Below, piece by piece: positions 26,856 to 37,037 of a stretch of 64,000 nt of DNA. This DNA comes from Candidatus Iainarchaeum sp. (lineage in GTDB: Archaea; Iainarchaeota; Iainarchaeia; Iainarchaeales; 1-14-0-10-31-34), in NCBI GenBank assembly GCA_040755695.1, contig JBFMAK010000001.1, forward strand, positions 384,637-448,636, written 5' to 3'. Within the stretch, counting starts at the first letter, position 1. Each line of letters opens with the position of its first letter. A program made the position numbers and the translations under genes. The notes below the pieces were generated by a model. It saw only the letters and a list, made by a program, of their open reading frames with translations. It ran no database searches and was not told the DNA's origin.

Positions 26856-28274
26856 TCACATGAACAGAGGAATTGCATTCAGTATAATTAAAATTAATAC
26901 TATGAATATAAAGAATTTTTCAATGATTTTCTCCCTCTCGGCTTCTTTAATTGAGGCAGGCATATAAGAAGAATAAATGATTTTTGCAATCTTTCCTCCA
27001 TCAAAGGGCTCAACAGGCAGGAAATTAACTATTGCAACCAGAAGGCTTACAATGACAAGCCAGTAAAAGAATTCAGAGAAGAACTGCAATAAAGTAGAAT
27101 AAACAGTAAAACTTAATGGTTCAGTGAAAGCAGGATTGGGAATTTCCTCTGAAGTAAAGCCGAACTTCCCCATCTTGTTTTTAGTCAAGGTTTTCTCTAT
27201 TGTTTCTCCCTTTTCTGTTTCAAGCACAAAAGTGTAAGACTTGTTATTGTCAAGCAATGCCTTAGTCAGATCATTCATGGCGAGAATTTTTTTTCCGTTA
27301 ACTTCTTTAATTGTCATTTCCTTTTCTAATACTCCATAGGCAGGCGAAGGATAAAGATCACCACAAAAGCCTGTGTTCTTGTCAACGCCTGAAATTTTCA
27401 CTCCAAGAACAGCCTGGTCGTGAATGCCTTCAGCCCAGCCTGAAAAAGGGGCAAAGAAAACAAGAGCAATAATTGAACCTATCAACAGGAAAACAGGGAT
27501 TGAAGCAAGGTTTGCAAGAGGCCCTGCAGCAAAGATTTTGAGGGCGCTCTTCTTGTATGCTTTTTTTAATTGAATTTCATCAGGCTCAACAAAAGCGCCT
27601 ATTGGAAGGAAGCCCAAAAGCAAGAGCCCGGAAGAATTAATTTTAATCTTCTCTTTTCTTGCAGTGATTCCGTGAAAGCCTTCATGCACTACAAGAATAA
27701 TGAACAGTACAAGCCAGACATGAATTGGAACTTTAATTGGGACATTAGGAATGTCCACGCCAGGAATGAGAGGGGCAACACCAGGGCAGGCCTGCACCTT
27801 CCAGAAAAAGGTTTTAACAATAATTTCTGCTGAACTGAAAATCAAGGTGATTAAAACAAATCCTGCAAATCCTGCAAGGCCGAAAACAAGGCTGAACAAG
27901 TTAAGGAAACCAAAGATCTGGGAGAAAGGCTTCATGAAAGGGCTTGAAGTGAAAGCCCAGCCCAAGAGCAACTCAAAGAAAACGTAAAGGGCAAGAGTAG
28001 AAAAAAGGAATAAGAGAAGCCTTCTTGCAGTGCTCTCGCCTTTGCCGTGAAGGTAATCAACTGCAATTGCCCCAAAGCCTAACACAAGCCCTAATTCTGA
28101 CAGGAAATTGATTGTCCTTTCATGCCTTGAGAATTTGTCAAAGTACTTGTTTGCCTTTTTTGTTTTTATGAGAGAGGCAAAGTAATAGGTTTGAGCGCCC
28201 AGGAACCTCTTGAAAAGATAGGTTACAATAACTGAAACCAGAATAAAAATTATGAGAACATAAAACCAGTCCAT
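26856..28274 (-). CDS. site-2 protease (M50 family zinc metalloprotease) with PDZ domain
   Basis: HExxH motif VVHEGFHGI. Second motif NFLPVEPFDGGKI (LDG-like). Multiple TM helices. Confidence 0.7.
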   Translation of the reverse strand: MDWFYVLIIFILVSVIVTYLFKRFLGAQTYYFASLIKTKKANKYFDKFSRHERTINFLSELGLVLGFGAIAVDYLHGKGESTARRLLLFLFSTLALYVFFELLLGWAFTSSPFMKPFSQIFGFLNLFSLVFGLAGFAGFVLITLIFSSAEIIVKTFFWKVQACPGVAPLIPGVDIPNVPIKVPIHVWLVLFIILVVHEGFHGITARKEKIKINSSGLLLLGFLPIGAFVEPDEIQLKKAYKKSALKIFAAGPLANLASIPVFLLIGSIIALVFFAPFSGWAEGIHDQAVLGVKISGVDKNTGFCGDLYPSPAYGVLEKEMTIKEVNGKKILAMNDLTKALLDNNKSYTFVLETEKGETIEKTLTKNKMGKFGFTSEEIPNPAFTEPLSFTVYSTLLQFFSEFFYWLVIVSLLVAIVNFLPVEPFDGGKIAKIIYSSYMPASIKEAEREKIIEKFFIFIVLILIILNAIPLFM

Positions 28275-28276
28275 TT

Positions 28277-28684
28277 TTATTCCTCTTTCAATTTCTCCTT
28301 TAATTTTATGCCAAAAAAGCTTTCAATTTTTCTTGTTAATTTGTCTCCGGGCTTGAATTCATTCCTTTCAACCCTGTGGATTACAGACTCCTTCTCGAAG
28401 AGCTTCTGCGCGAACTCCTTTACTGTAAGGCCTTTCTTTTCTCTGGCCTTCCTGACTGCAGAGCCGTAATTGTCAATTAAAAATTCATCTGTTTTGAATA
28501 AGTCCCTTTCGCTCCTTTCATTAAATTGCCTCAAAGAAGGCTTTTCAATCTTTGCTTTTGGCAAGGAGGGAACCTCAATTTTTGTTCCGTATTTAGAGCA
28601 GGCCTCACATACATCAAAAATTGTTCCGTCAATATTTACCGAAACCCTTTTTCCCGCCTCTTTCCCGCAGATCTCGCAATTCAT
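28277..28684 (-). CDS. archaeal MBF1-like transcription factor (N-terminal zinc ribbon + Xre-type HTH)
   Basis: CEICGK...CEACSKYG zinc ribbon. C-terminal segment GLTVKEFAQKLFEKESVIHRVE is HTH_3-like. Confidence 0.6.
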   Translation of the reverse strand: MNCEICGKEAGKRVSVNIDGTIFDVCEACSKYGTKIEVPSLPKAKIEKPSLRQFNERSERDLFKTDEFLIDNYGSAVRKAREKKGLTVKEFAQKLFEKESVIHRVERNEFKPGDKLTRKIESFFGIKLKEKLKEE

Positions 28685-28733
28685 ATAACCGCCCTAATTA
28701 CTAAATTGAAAAAAGAAAAGTAATTTATAGTTA

Positions 28734-29196
28734 ATGCAAAGAACAGTTTTTATGAGATTATACCTTGACTCTAATGTGCTGATTTCTTATCTGCGAAGCG
28801 AAATAGACAAAGCATTTAATGTGAGGTTTCAGTCAAGTGAAAAATTTTTTGCTGCATGCGGCCTGCTTAAAACTGAGTTAGTTATTTCACAACTTTTTCT
28901 GGTTGAAATAAAGAAAAAAGTGTTTTCAGAGGAAAAAGGTATTAAACAATTATTTGAAGATTTTGGAATAAAAACAACTATAATAAATAATGTTGAAAAA
29001 GATAAAGTTCTAAAAATAATGAAAGAAACCGAAATACATTTTGCGGATGCAACACATATCGCAAATGCGGTAGAGTACAACTGTGAGTATATTAGTACAA
29101 CTGTGAGTATATTATAACATGGAACAAGAAAGACTTTGAAAAAGCAGGAAAAATAATTCCTTGCAAAAACCCGGAAGAGTTTATACAAGGCTTCTA
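28734..29196 (+). pseudogene. vapC: PIN-domain toxin (VapC-like) truncated by a 20-nt tandem duplication
   Basis: N-terminal LYLDSNVLISYL and HFADATHIANA motifs. The unit gtacaactgtgagtatatta occurs twice in tandem (29075..29094 and 29095..29114). The current ORF stops at 29117 as ...EYISTTVSIL. Removing one copy restores ...EYIITWNKKDFEKAGKIIPCKNPEEFIQGF with the stop at 29196. Confidence 0.6.
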
Positions 29197-29477
29197 GCTA
29201 ATTCATCCTTTTCTTTTGCAGTAAGTTCTTTGATTTTCAAACCTTTGAGATTATGCTTTTCTACAAATTTTCTGAGTATTGCTCTATTCTTTTTTATTTC
29301 TTCTTCAAAATCGAGTTTGCTTAAGACACCCTTTAAAGGCCTGACTTCCAAATGGTCCTTAAATGCAAGCAAAGCAACTTTTTGGCCGCTGTGAAAGCCT
29401 TCACTAGCCCTTAATTCGCTTGGGATTACTATTTGCCCTTTCAAAGTAATTGTTGATGTTCTAATTCCATTCAACAT
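29181..29477 (-). CDS. AbrB/SpoVT-family (swapped-hairpin) DNA-binding protein, antitoxin-like
   Basis: TITLKGQIVIPSELR motif. 98 aa. Confidence 0.45.
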   Translation of the reverse strand: MLNGIRTSTITLKGQIVIPSELRASEGFHSGQKVALLAFKDHLEVRPLKGVLSKLDFEEEIKKNRAILRKFVEKHNLKGLKIKELTAKEKDELARSLV

Positions 29478-29797
29478 AACAAAACCTTAGTATTACAAGT
29501 AATACAAGTAAGAAAACATATTTAAATATAATTATGCTGAAAGCAATAGAAATTATAGGGAATTAGGAGGAAAGAATGTTGGACATTCTTTCCCCAATTC
29601 TAAGAGAGTTGGTTGAACTTAGAATAGAATCGGGATAGGCTCACCTTAAACTAAGTTCAATGCTTATATAATTGTTGCTTAAGAAATATATAAATATATC
29701 GCGATTTTTAAGGCTTCTGACGATTTTCTTCGCTGTTGGTTCTACATAATTAGGTTTTGTTTTTATTGTTTTTCAAAGTAATTTTTTATTGATTTGG

Positions 29798-30823
29798 ATG
29801 GGCACTGCAATAGGCGACCTCTTGGAGAAAAAGGAAATCGAATTAGAAGAGCTTTCAGGCAAGAAATTGGGCATAGACTCATTCAATATTATTTACCAGT
29901 TTCTTTCCACTATACGCTCGCAGGAAGGCGAACCATTAATGGACTCGCAGGGCAGGATTACCTCGCACCTCACAGGCTTATTCTACAGGACAGCCAATTT
30001 GCTGCAGAAGGAAATAAAGCCTGTCTTTGTATTTGATGGAGAGCCCCACGAGCTCAAGGCAAGCACAAGAGAGGAAAGAAAGAAAGTGAAAGATGAAGCC
30101 AAAAAAAAATTAGAGCAAGCAAAAAAGGAAGGCAGAAAAGAAGACATAAAGAAGTACGCACAGCAGACCTCAGTCCTCTCAGAGGAAATGATTGGAGAAG
30201 CAAAAAAGCTGATAAAAGCATTAGGCCTTCCAACCATTGACGCTCCAATGGACGGAGAAGCACAGGTTGCAGTAATGGTGGAGAAAGGAGAATGCTTTGG
30301 CTGTGTCTCCCAGGATTATGACGCCCTGCTTTATGGGGCTCCATTGCTCTTGCGCAATATTACAGTAACAGGGAGAAGAAAGCTTCCAGGAAAAAACATT
30401 TACATTGATGTACTCCCAGAAAAAATTTATTTGAAAGAAACACTGGAGAAGCTGGGCATTGACAGAAGGAAATTAATATGGATTGGAATCCTTGTTGGAA
30501 CAGACTTCAACGAAAAGTTCCCTAAGATTGGACCGAAAACTGCCTTGGGGTTAGTGAAGAAGTTTGATTCATTTGAAGAAATAATAAAAGAATCAAAGCA
30601 CGAGCCGGAATTCGATTACAGGGAGATGGAAGAAATTTTCCTGAAGCCTGCTTATTCCCCTGATTTCAGGATTGAATTCAGGCAGCCTGACAGGCAGAAG
30701 ATAATTGAACTCCTTGTAGAAGAACACAACTTCAGCAGGGAGAGAGTGGAAAACACAATAAACAAGATTTCAGAAAAAATAGAACAGGAAGGAGAACAGT
30801 CTTCGCTCAAGAAATGGTTTTAA
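29798..30823 (+). CDS. fen: flap endonuclease 1
   Basis: MGTAIGDLL...GIDSFNIIYQF N-terminal XPG-N. Later GEAQVA...GTDFN (XPG-I). Start trimmed to the second ATG. Confidence 0.85.
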   Translation: MGTAIGDLLEKKEIELEELSGKKLGIDSFNIIYQFLSTIRSQEGEPLMDSQGRITSHLTGLFYRTANLLQKEIKPVFVFDGEPHELKASTREERKKVKDEAKKKLEQAKKEGRKEDIKKYAQQTSVLSEEMIGEAKKLIKALGLPTIDAPMDGEAQVAVMVEKGECFGCVSQDYDALLYGAPLLLRNITVTGRRKLPGKNIYIDVLPEKIYLKETLEKLGIDRRKLIWIGILVGTDFNEKFPKIGPKTALGLVKKFDSFEEIIKESKHEPEFDYREMEEIFLKPAYSPDFRIEFRQPDRQKIIELLVEEHNFSRERVENTINKISEKIEQEGEQSSLKKWF

Positions 30824-30838
30824 TAAGGGGGGAATTAA

Positions 30839-32188
30839 ATGGCAGAAAATAAAAGAAAAAAAGTAATAATAATGGGCGCAGCAGGAAGGGACTTCCATGA
30901 CTTCAACATGCACTTCAAGGACAACAAAGAATTTGAAGTAAAAGCATTCACCCAGAACGCAAAGCAGAACTTAGGCGTCCTCTCAAAAAAACCTCACAGG
31001 TATTACCCGAAAGAACTTGCCGGAAAGCTCTACAAGAAAGGCATTCCAATTTATTCAGAGAAAATACTGCCAGAACTAATAAAAAAATTTGATATAGAAG
31101 AAGTTGTATTCTCTTATTCCGACAACAGCCACGAGCATGTAATGCATAAAGCCTCCCAGGCTCTTGCAGCAGGAGCAAATTTTGTCTTATTAGGAGCAAA
31201 AGCAATAATGATTAAATCAAAGAAACCAGTAATTGCAGTGTGCGCTGTAAGGACAGGCTGCGGTAAAAGCCAGACCTCAAGAAGGATTTGCGAGATACTC
31301 AAAAAATTGGGGAAGAAGACAGTTGCAATAAGAGAGCCAATGCCTTATGGAGACCTGAGAAAGCAGGTGAGCATCCGCTTTGCGTCCTATAAAGACTTGG
31401 AGGAGAATAATTGTACTATAGAGGAAAGAGAGGAATACGAGCCTTACATTGAAGAAGGATTTGTGATTTATGCTGGAGTGGATTACAAAAAAATTTTGCG
31501 TTCAGCAGAAAAAGAGGCTCAGGTAATAGTGTGGGACGGAGGCAATAACGAGCTTTCATTCTATAAACCGGATTTGCTGGTTGTAGTAACAGACCCTTTT
31601 CGTTTAGGCCATGAAACATTATATCACCCAGGAGAAACAAACCTGTTAATGGCAGATGTTGTTTTAATAAACAAGGTTAATTCTGCCCCGGCAAATTCAG
31701 TGAAAAAGCTTGAAGAGAATATTTCCAGGGCAAACCCTAAAGCAAAAATTTTAAAGGCAAGCTCAGTAATTTCCTTGAACCAAAAAATTGAATTGAAGGG
31801 AAAAAAGGTTTTATGCGTTGAGGATGGCCCTACTGTCACGCACGGGGGCATGGGCTTTGGGGCAGCATTCACTTTTGCTGAAAACCATAAAGCCAAAATA
31901 GTTGACCCAAAGCCTTATGCTGTGGGCAGCATTAAAAATGTTTTTTCTGAGTTCGCTCAATTGGAGAAAGTTCTCCCTGCAATGGGCTACAGCAAAGGGC
32001 AATTAAAAGAATTAGAAAAAACAATTAATGCAGTGCCCTGCGATTTAGTGCTTGCAGGCACCCCAATAGACCTGGCGAAAATTGTAAAGACAAACAAGAG
32101 GGTCATCCGAGTGAAATACGCCCTAGGAAAAGAGGTTGACTTAGAATTAAAAAAATTAATCCAGGAAACATTAAAGAAGAAAAAATAA
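30839..32188 (+). CDS. COG2403-type P-loop protein (cyclic 2,3-diphosphoglycerate synthetase-like)
   Basis: N-terminus VIIMGAAGRDFHDFN and internal CAVRTGCGKSQTSRR P-loop. 449 aa. Assignment from memory of the family, moderate-low. Confidence 0.4.
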   Translation: MAENKRKKVIIMGAAGRDFHDFNMHFKDNKEFEVKAFTQNAKQNLGVLSKKPHRYYPKELAGKLYKKGIPIYSEKILPELIKKFDIEEVVFSYSDNSHEHVMHKASQALAAGANFVLLGAKAIMIKSKKPVIAVCAVRTGCGKSQTSRRICEILKKLGKKTVAIREPMPYGDLRKQVSIRFASYKDLEENNCTIEEREEYEPYIEEGFVIYAGVDYKKILRSAEKEAQVIVWDGGNNELSFYKPDLLVVVTDPFRLGHETLYHPGETNLLMADVVLINKVNSAPANSVKKLEENISRANPKAKILKASSVISLNQKIELKGKKVLCVEDGPTVTHGGMGFGAAFTFAENHKAKIVDPKPYAVGSIKNVFSEFAQLEKVLPAMGYSKGQLKELEKTINAVPCDLVLAGTPIDLAKIVKTNKRVIRVKYALGKEVDLELKKLIQETLKKKK

Positions 32189-32319
32189 AATTAAAAGAAA
32201 ACCTTTATAAAGAGGAAAGGCGTTAATTATAATTGGTTTTTGGGATAAAAAAACCAAAACATATTTAAACAATTAATTATACATTAATAGGTAAGGGAGA
32301 AAAAAAGGAGCAAGATACA

Positions 32320-33171
32320 ATGGCTTACGCAGAAGAAGCAGGAGCAGAAGCAATGCCTCCTGAATACTACAGCGGGGGAGGCGGAGTCACCTCAAAAATA
32401 AAAAATAACCTTGAAGGCATTGTGCCGCTAATTCTGATAATAATAATTGTTGCATTTATAGGAGACGCTTTAGGCTTCTGGGAGATCCCATTCATAAGCT
32501 CGCAGAAGCCAGTAAGCATGCTGATTATAGGAGCGCCATCTTACGATACTCAAGTTACATTAAACAACATCAAAAACATTGTAAGATACCAGCAGAGAGA
32601 CCCAGCGCAATTCACAGTAAACCCTGAAGAGGTATTAGCCCAATACGATATAGTAATGCTAGACCAGCACACCCAGGCAAACAAAGAAATATCAATACAA
32701 TTAGGGGACGCAATAAAAAAGTATGTCAACAAGGGCGGAAAATTCATTCTAGTAATGGACTCAGGCATAAGAGAGAAAGGAGCATACGAGGTAATAGGCT
32801 GGGGGGCCACAATAGGAGACATAGTGCCAGTGGCATGCACTCCCACAGGAGAAACAAATGAACCATCATGCACCCAGCTCATAAGAGTATTAGGCGTCCT
32901 TAAAAGAGACAAGTTCGACCACCCTATAATGAAATACATAGAGCAAGCTCCACCTCAAGGAGAAGGCCAGGTATTGTTTGAGACATTCCCAGTGGAAATA
33001 ACAGGAGACCAACTGGCTTACATTGAAAGAACAGGGGTCAGCGGAGACTGGTATCCGGGAATAGTGGAAAAAAAGTTATACATAGGGAAAAGCATTTACT
33101 TTAATTACGATCCAGGAAAGACTCCAGGAATATTCGAGAGGACAATAAAATACCTTGTAGGCAAAAGCTAA
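32320..33171 (+). CDS. hypothetical membrane-anchored protein
   Basis: TM helix IVPLILIIIIVAFIG after an acidic N-terminus. Confidence 0.35.
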   Translation: MAYAEEAGAEAMPPEYYSGGGGVTSKIKNNLEGIVPLILIIIIVAFIGDALGFWEIPFISSQKPVSMLIIGAPSYDTQVTLNNIKNIVRYQQRDPAQFTVNPEEVLAQYDIVMLDQHTQANKEISIQLGDAIKKYVNKGGKFILVMDSGIREKGAYEVIGWGATIGDIVPVACTPTGETNEPSCTQLIRVLGVLKRDKFDHPIMKYIEQAPPQGEGQVLFETFPVEITGDQLAYIERTGVSGDWYPGIVEKKLYIGKSIYFNYDPGKTPGIFERTIKYLVGKS

Positions 33172-33238
33172 AGCAAAAAGAACAGAAATGCTCAACAATT
33201 AAAATCAAAATTACAATCAATTGGAGGTGTAATTTAAG

Positions 33239-33520
33239 ATGGCAACAAACGCAGACGAAAACACAATCTTCATAGGAAAAAAAGGAACAATGGCATATGT
33301 TCTTGCAGTGGTAACACAAATAAACAACGGAGCAAAAGAAATTCTCATAAAAGCAAGGGGAAAAGCAATAAGCAGGGCAGTGGACGTAGCAGAAATAGTC
33401 AAAAACAAGTTTGTGACAGACCTCAAGATTGCAAGAATAGGCATTTCCACAGAAGAGATACACTCAGAGGAAGGCAACCCACTCAAGGTGTCAGCCATAG
33501 AAATATCCATGAAAAAATGA
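33239..33520 (+). CDS. albA: DNA/RNA-binding protein Alba
   Basis: NTIFIGKKGTMAYVLAVVTQ...ILIKARGKAISRAVDVAEIV matches Alba throughout. Confidence 0.8.
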   Translation: MATNADENTIFIGKKGTMAYVLAVVTQINNGAKEILIKARGKAISRAVDVAEIVKNKFVTDLKIARIGISTEEIHSEEGNPLKVSAIEISMKK

Positions 33521-33532
33521 GTTATATAGAAG

Positions 33533-33566
33533 AGAACCCTTTCGGGTTCTTGCCTTTAATTTTTTA
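33533..33566 (+). terminator. hairpin (GAACCC-TTTC-GGGTTC) followed by T-rich tract downstream of albA
   Basis: A perfect 6-bp stem, then ttgcctttaatttttt. Confidence 0.4.
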
Positions 33567-33642
33567 AACTAATTCTGGCTTTGGGCCTTCATAGCCCGAA
33601 AACGATAGGTTTTTAAATATCATGATACTATCATGATACAGC

Positions 33643-34146
33643 ATGAATGCTCATGATGAATTCATTGAGTTATTAAAAAGCAAGGAGCTTATTGAGAAGG
33701 TAAGCCCTAAATTCAATGAACTCACCCTTGACATTCAGCAAGTGTTTGAGCACAGCAAAAACCCTTTGCTTTTTGGGGCACTGCTCTTCAAGTTGGCTGA
33801 AGAGAGAGACAAGACAAACAAGCTCTTAGAGCAACTGAACGACAAGTACGACAAAATAATGTTTGAATTAAAAACCAAGACTTTGGGTGAATCTGTTGAT
33901 CAAACTCCTCGAATAGAGCAAAAATTAGCAGTAGGGGCAAATAAAATTGTTTTACTGCCTGAACAGGACCAGAAAATTTTAAGGTTGATAGAAGAAAAAG
34001 GGCCTTCAAGCGCTGAAGCAGTCCAGTCAATGCTTTCCTATAAAGGAAAGAATGCTGCGTGCCAGCGCCTAAATAAATTGTCCAGAGAAGGATTGCTCAG
34101 GAAAATACAGTCAGGAAAAAAAGTCCTGTTTTTCGTGCAGAAGTAA
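33643..34146 (+). CDS. hypothetical protein with C-terminal winged-helix-like segment
   Basis: ...ACQRLNKLSREGLLRKIQSGKKVLFFVQK. Confidence 0.35.
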   Translation: MNAHDEFIELLKSKELIEKVSPKFNELTLDIQQVFEHSKNPLLFGALLFKLAEERDKTNKLLEQLNDKYDKIMFELKTKTLGESVDQTPRIEQKLAVGANKIVLLPEQDQKILRLIEEKGPSSAEAVQSMLSYKGKNAACQRLNKLSREGLLRKIQSGKKVLFFVQK

Positions 34147-34437
34147 TGCTTTCAAAATTACAGCCTTGCAGGAAATAAAGCCTCCTTACACAACGGGCCG
34201 CCATTAAGCTTGCTTTTTTTTTCCCCCACCAAATCCAATGCTTGGTGGCCGGCCTATAATTTTTATTGACGGCAAAAAATTGCCTCCTTTGCCTCAATAC
34301 CCAAAACGCAGAATTCGTTCAAGAGCGCTTTGGTTTGCAAAAACCAAGGCCTGCTCTTCTAATTTTTTGTTTTTTGTCTTTTACCCATTGTCTGAAAAGC
34401 AAAATATTTAAAAAGTGGTATGTAAATTATAATAATT

Positions 34438-35820
34438 ATGCTACCACAATTTGTAAATAGAGAAGAAGAATTAAAATTTCTAGAAAGGCTTCATAAGAAA
34501 AGAGGCTTCAAACTATTTGTCCTTTATGGGAGAAGAAGAATTGGAAAAACGGACTTATTAAAACATTTTTTGGAGAACAAAAAAGGGGTTTATATTCTTG
34601 CCACAGAAGAAAATTTGACGGAGAATATAAAAGAATTCAAAAACAAATTTTACGAGTTGACAGGCAAGGATTATTTTCTGAAAATTGAAGAAAAAAGCTT
34701 CTATGATTTGTTCAAGTATTTAGCAGAGGAAATTAAAAACAAGAAGGCTGTTATAGTTATAGACGAATTCCCTTATATGCTAAATTTAAATAAAGGCTTG
34801 CTTTCGACATTTCAGAAAATCACAGATGAATTATTCAGAAACAGCGAGATAATGTTAGTCTTGTGCGGTTCTTCTTTATCGATAATGGAAAATGATGTTT
34901 TGGGTTACAGGAGCCCTCTTTATGGGAGGGATATTAATTACTGGAAGCTTCTGCCTTTTGATTTCAGGGTAGTTTATGATTTAGTTGGCAGAATAGAAAA
35001 GGCCATGAAGGTTTATTTCGTTTTTGGAAATGTTCCATATTACCTTAAGTTCTACAACAAAAAAGAAGATTTGTTTGGGAACATAAAAAATAATTTTTTG
35101 GTAAAGGGATTAAATTTGTATGATGAGCCTTTAGTCCTGCTAAGACAAGAGTTTAAGGAGTCTAGGACATACAGGCTGATTTTGAAATACATCTCTTTAG
35201 GATATAAGACTATAGGCAAGTTATGTTCTGTTACAGGAATGGATAAAAGCAATATTATGAAATATCTTTCGACCCTTGAAGAAACAAATATTATAAAGCA
35301 CATTCTACCTTTCGGCATGAAGAGAAAAGGCTATTATGAGATTATTGATCCTTTCTTTAGGTTTTGGTTTAAGTTTGTTTATCCAAATAAAGACAAGCTT
35401 GAAATAGGGAATATTAAAGACGTTGAAGAACCCATAAAGAAAGAGATAAATTCTATTTTTGGGATATCTTTTGAATACTTAATTGAAGATTTAATCAATC
35501 ATAAATTTTTTGTAGAGTTTTCTGTGTTTTCAAAGGTTTATAAATGGTGGCATAAAGACATAGAAATTGACATTATTGCTCTAAATGAGCAAAGCAAAGA
35601 AATAATTTTTGTGGAATGCAAATGGCAGGAAAAAGTTAATGCGGAAAAGATTGTAAAAGAATTGGCTGAAAAGTCAATGCATGTTAACTGGCATAACAAT
35701 GAAAGAAAGGAATGCTATGCAGTATTTGCAAAAAGCTTCAGTAAAAAAATCAGAAATCATGAAAACAAAAAAGTTTATTGCTTTGGCTTAAAGGACATTG
35801 AAAGGATTCTCAAGAGATAG
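34438..35820 (+). CDS. archaeal ATPase family protein (PF01637-like AAA + DUF234)
   Basis: FVNREEELKFLE...LYGRRRIGKTDLLKHF (Walker A). DExx box VIVIDEFPYM. Confidence 0.55.
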   Translation: MLPQFVNREEELKFLERLHKKRGFKLFVLYGRRRIGKTDLLKHFLENKKGVYILATEENLTENIKEFKNKFYELTGKDYFLKIEEKSFYDLFKYLAEEIKNKKAVIVIDEFPYMLNLNKGLLSTFQKITDELFRNSEIMLVLCGSSLSIMENDVLGYRSPLYGRDINYWKLLPFDFRVVYDLVGRIEKAMKVYFVFGNVPYYLKFYNKKEDLFGNIKNNFLVKGLNLYDEPLVLLRQEFKESRTYRLILKYISLGYKTIGKLCSVTGMDKSNIMKYLSTLEETNIIKHILPFGMKRKGYYEIIDPFFRFWFKFVYPNKDKLEIGNIKDVEEPIKKEINSIFGISFEYLIEDLINHKFFVEFSVFSKVYKWWHKDIEIDIIALNEQSKEIIFVECKWQEKVNAEKIVKELAEKSMHVNWHNNERKECYAVFAKSFSKKIRNHENKKVYCFGLKDIERILKR

Positions 35821-35842
35821 GAAAGCCGCCTTTCTAATTCTT

Positions 35843-36280
35843 TTAATTTTTCGGGTATAAAACTAATAGATATGCGCTTGAACCCAGAACATTGTTGAAC
35901 CAAGCAAACATTAAATCGTCTTCTTTAATTTTATGATGCTTTCCGTCTTTCGGGTCATTATACCAGAACCTTCCTTTCTCGTGTTTTTTCAGGAATTTTA
36001 TTATGTCAAACTTTGCAGGCTTCCTGATTTCTGCTTTTCCTTTTGCTAGTTTTTTATTGTAAGAATAACATTCTACTCTGAATCCTAAACTTCGAGCAAA
36101 ATCAGCCAGCTTTATTGTTCTAATGCCATAACTCTTGATGCCCCCAATTTTTCTAATGATTTCACTTGAAGAAACATCCTTGCCAAAATACTGGAGAACC
36201 ATCCTTAAAGCAGTAACCCCACAAGTCAATTTATCCTGTTTTAATAAAGGAACAGAAAGCTTTCTCATAAAATTTCTCAT
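35843..36280 (-). CDS. hypothetical protein, possible papain-like/C39-like peptidase domain
   Basis: LKQDKLTCGVTALRMVLQYFG resembles the Q...CG...L catalytic segment of C39 peptidases, with a later His. Weak. Confidence 0.3.
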   Translation of the reverse strand: MRNFMRKLSVPLLKQDKLTCGVTALRMVLQYFGKDVSSSEIIRKIGGIKSYGIRTIKLADFARSLGFRVECYSYNKKLAKGKAEIRKPAKFDIIKFLKKHEKGRFWYNDPKDGKHHKIKEDDLMFAWFNNVLGSSAYLLVLYPKN

Positions 36281-36288
36281 CTTACAAT

Positions 36289-36984
36289 TTAAACTGGTTT
36301 ATAACCCAAAATCTTTTTTGCTTTGGAGAGGTCTGCATCTTTTGATGCATCTAAAATTGTGAATGATTCGTACCATAATTTTTTGTTTGTTGTTATTGAT
36401 GCTTCAATGGCTTGCAGTACATTTTCTATTTTTACTTGAATTCCCAGAAATGGCTTGTATTCTCCCCTCTTCCTTGTAGGGCCAATCCTTAGAATTATTA
36501 CCTCAAATTTTTTCATCATACCGTAATTTGCAAGAATCTGTTCCGCAATAACCTTGCTCGTTGAATAAGCAATATCACAGTCCCTGCAATTCAAGTCTTC
36601 GGCTTTAACGTGCTGGGTTACAATTGGGTTTGATTCCTTTATTGGCTTCACGAAAGGGATTCCTTTTTCTATGCCATAATAAGTCGTTGAACTCGTAAAA
36701 ATTAAGCGTTTTATTTTATTTTCCAATGCAGCTTGGGCAACATTAAATGTTCCTTGGCAGTTCACCTGAAAATAATCAGAAAAGGTTTTATCTTCAAATG
36801 GACCCCTTATTGCCGCAAGATGTACAACAATATCACAGCCTTTCATTACCTCATTTAATTCATTATGATTTAAAATGTCTTTTCCTTCAGCCAAATCATA
36901 TTTTACGATTTCATGCTTTCCAGACAAATGATTGACTAATTCGCTTCCAATGAAGCCAGAACTTCCAGTTATAAGGATTTTCAT
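36289..36984 (-). CDS. NAD-dependent epimerase/dehydratase (extended SDR)
   Basis: ILITGSSGFIGSEL Rossmann motif and YSTSK (YxxxK). Confidence 0.65.
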   Translation of the reverse strand: MKILITGSSGFIGSELVNHLSGKHEIVKYDLAEGKDILNHNELNEVMKGCDIVVHLAAIRGPFEDKTFSDYFQVNCQGTFNVAQAALENKIKRLIFTSSTTYYGIEKGIPFVKPIKESNPIVTQHVKAEDLNCRDCDIAYSTSKVIAEQILANYGMMKKFEVIILRIGPTRKRGEYKPFLGIQVKIENVLQAIEASITTNKKLWYESFTILDASKDADLSKAKKILGYKPV

Positions 36985-37037
36985 AGCATCATTTTAATTT
37001 TTTAACAAAACCATTTTTAATTTCTTTCTCGCATTTT

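Noticed and set aside
29181-29477. AbrB/SpoVT gene as the cognate antitoxin of the truncated VapC
   Set aside because: The genes are convergent and overlap at their 3' ends rather than forming a same-strand operon, so the pairing is uncertain. It is listed only as an independent feature.
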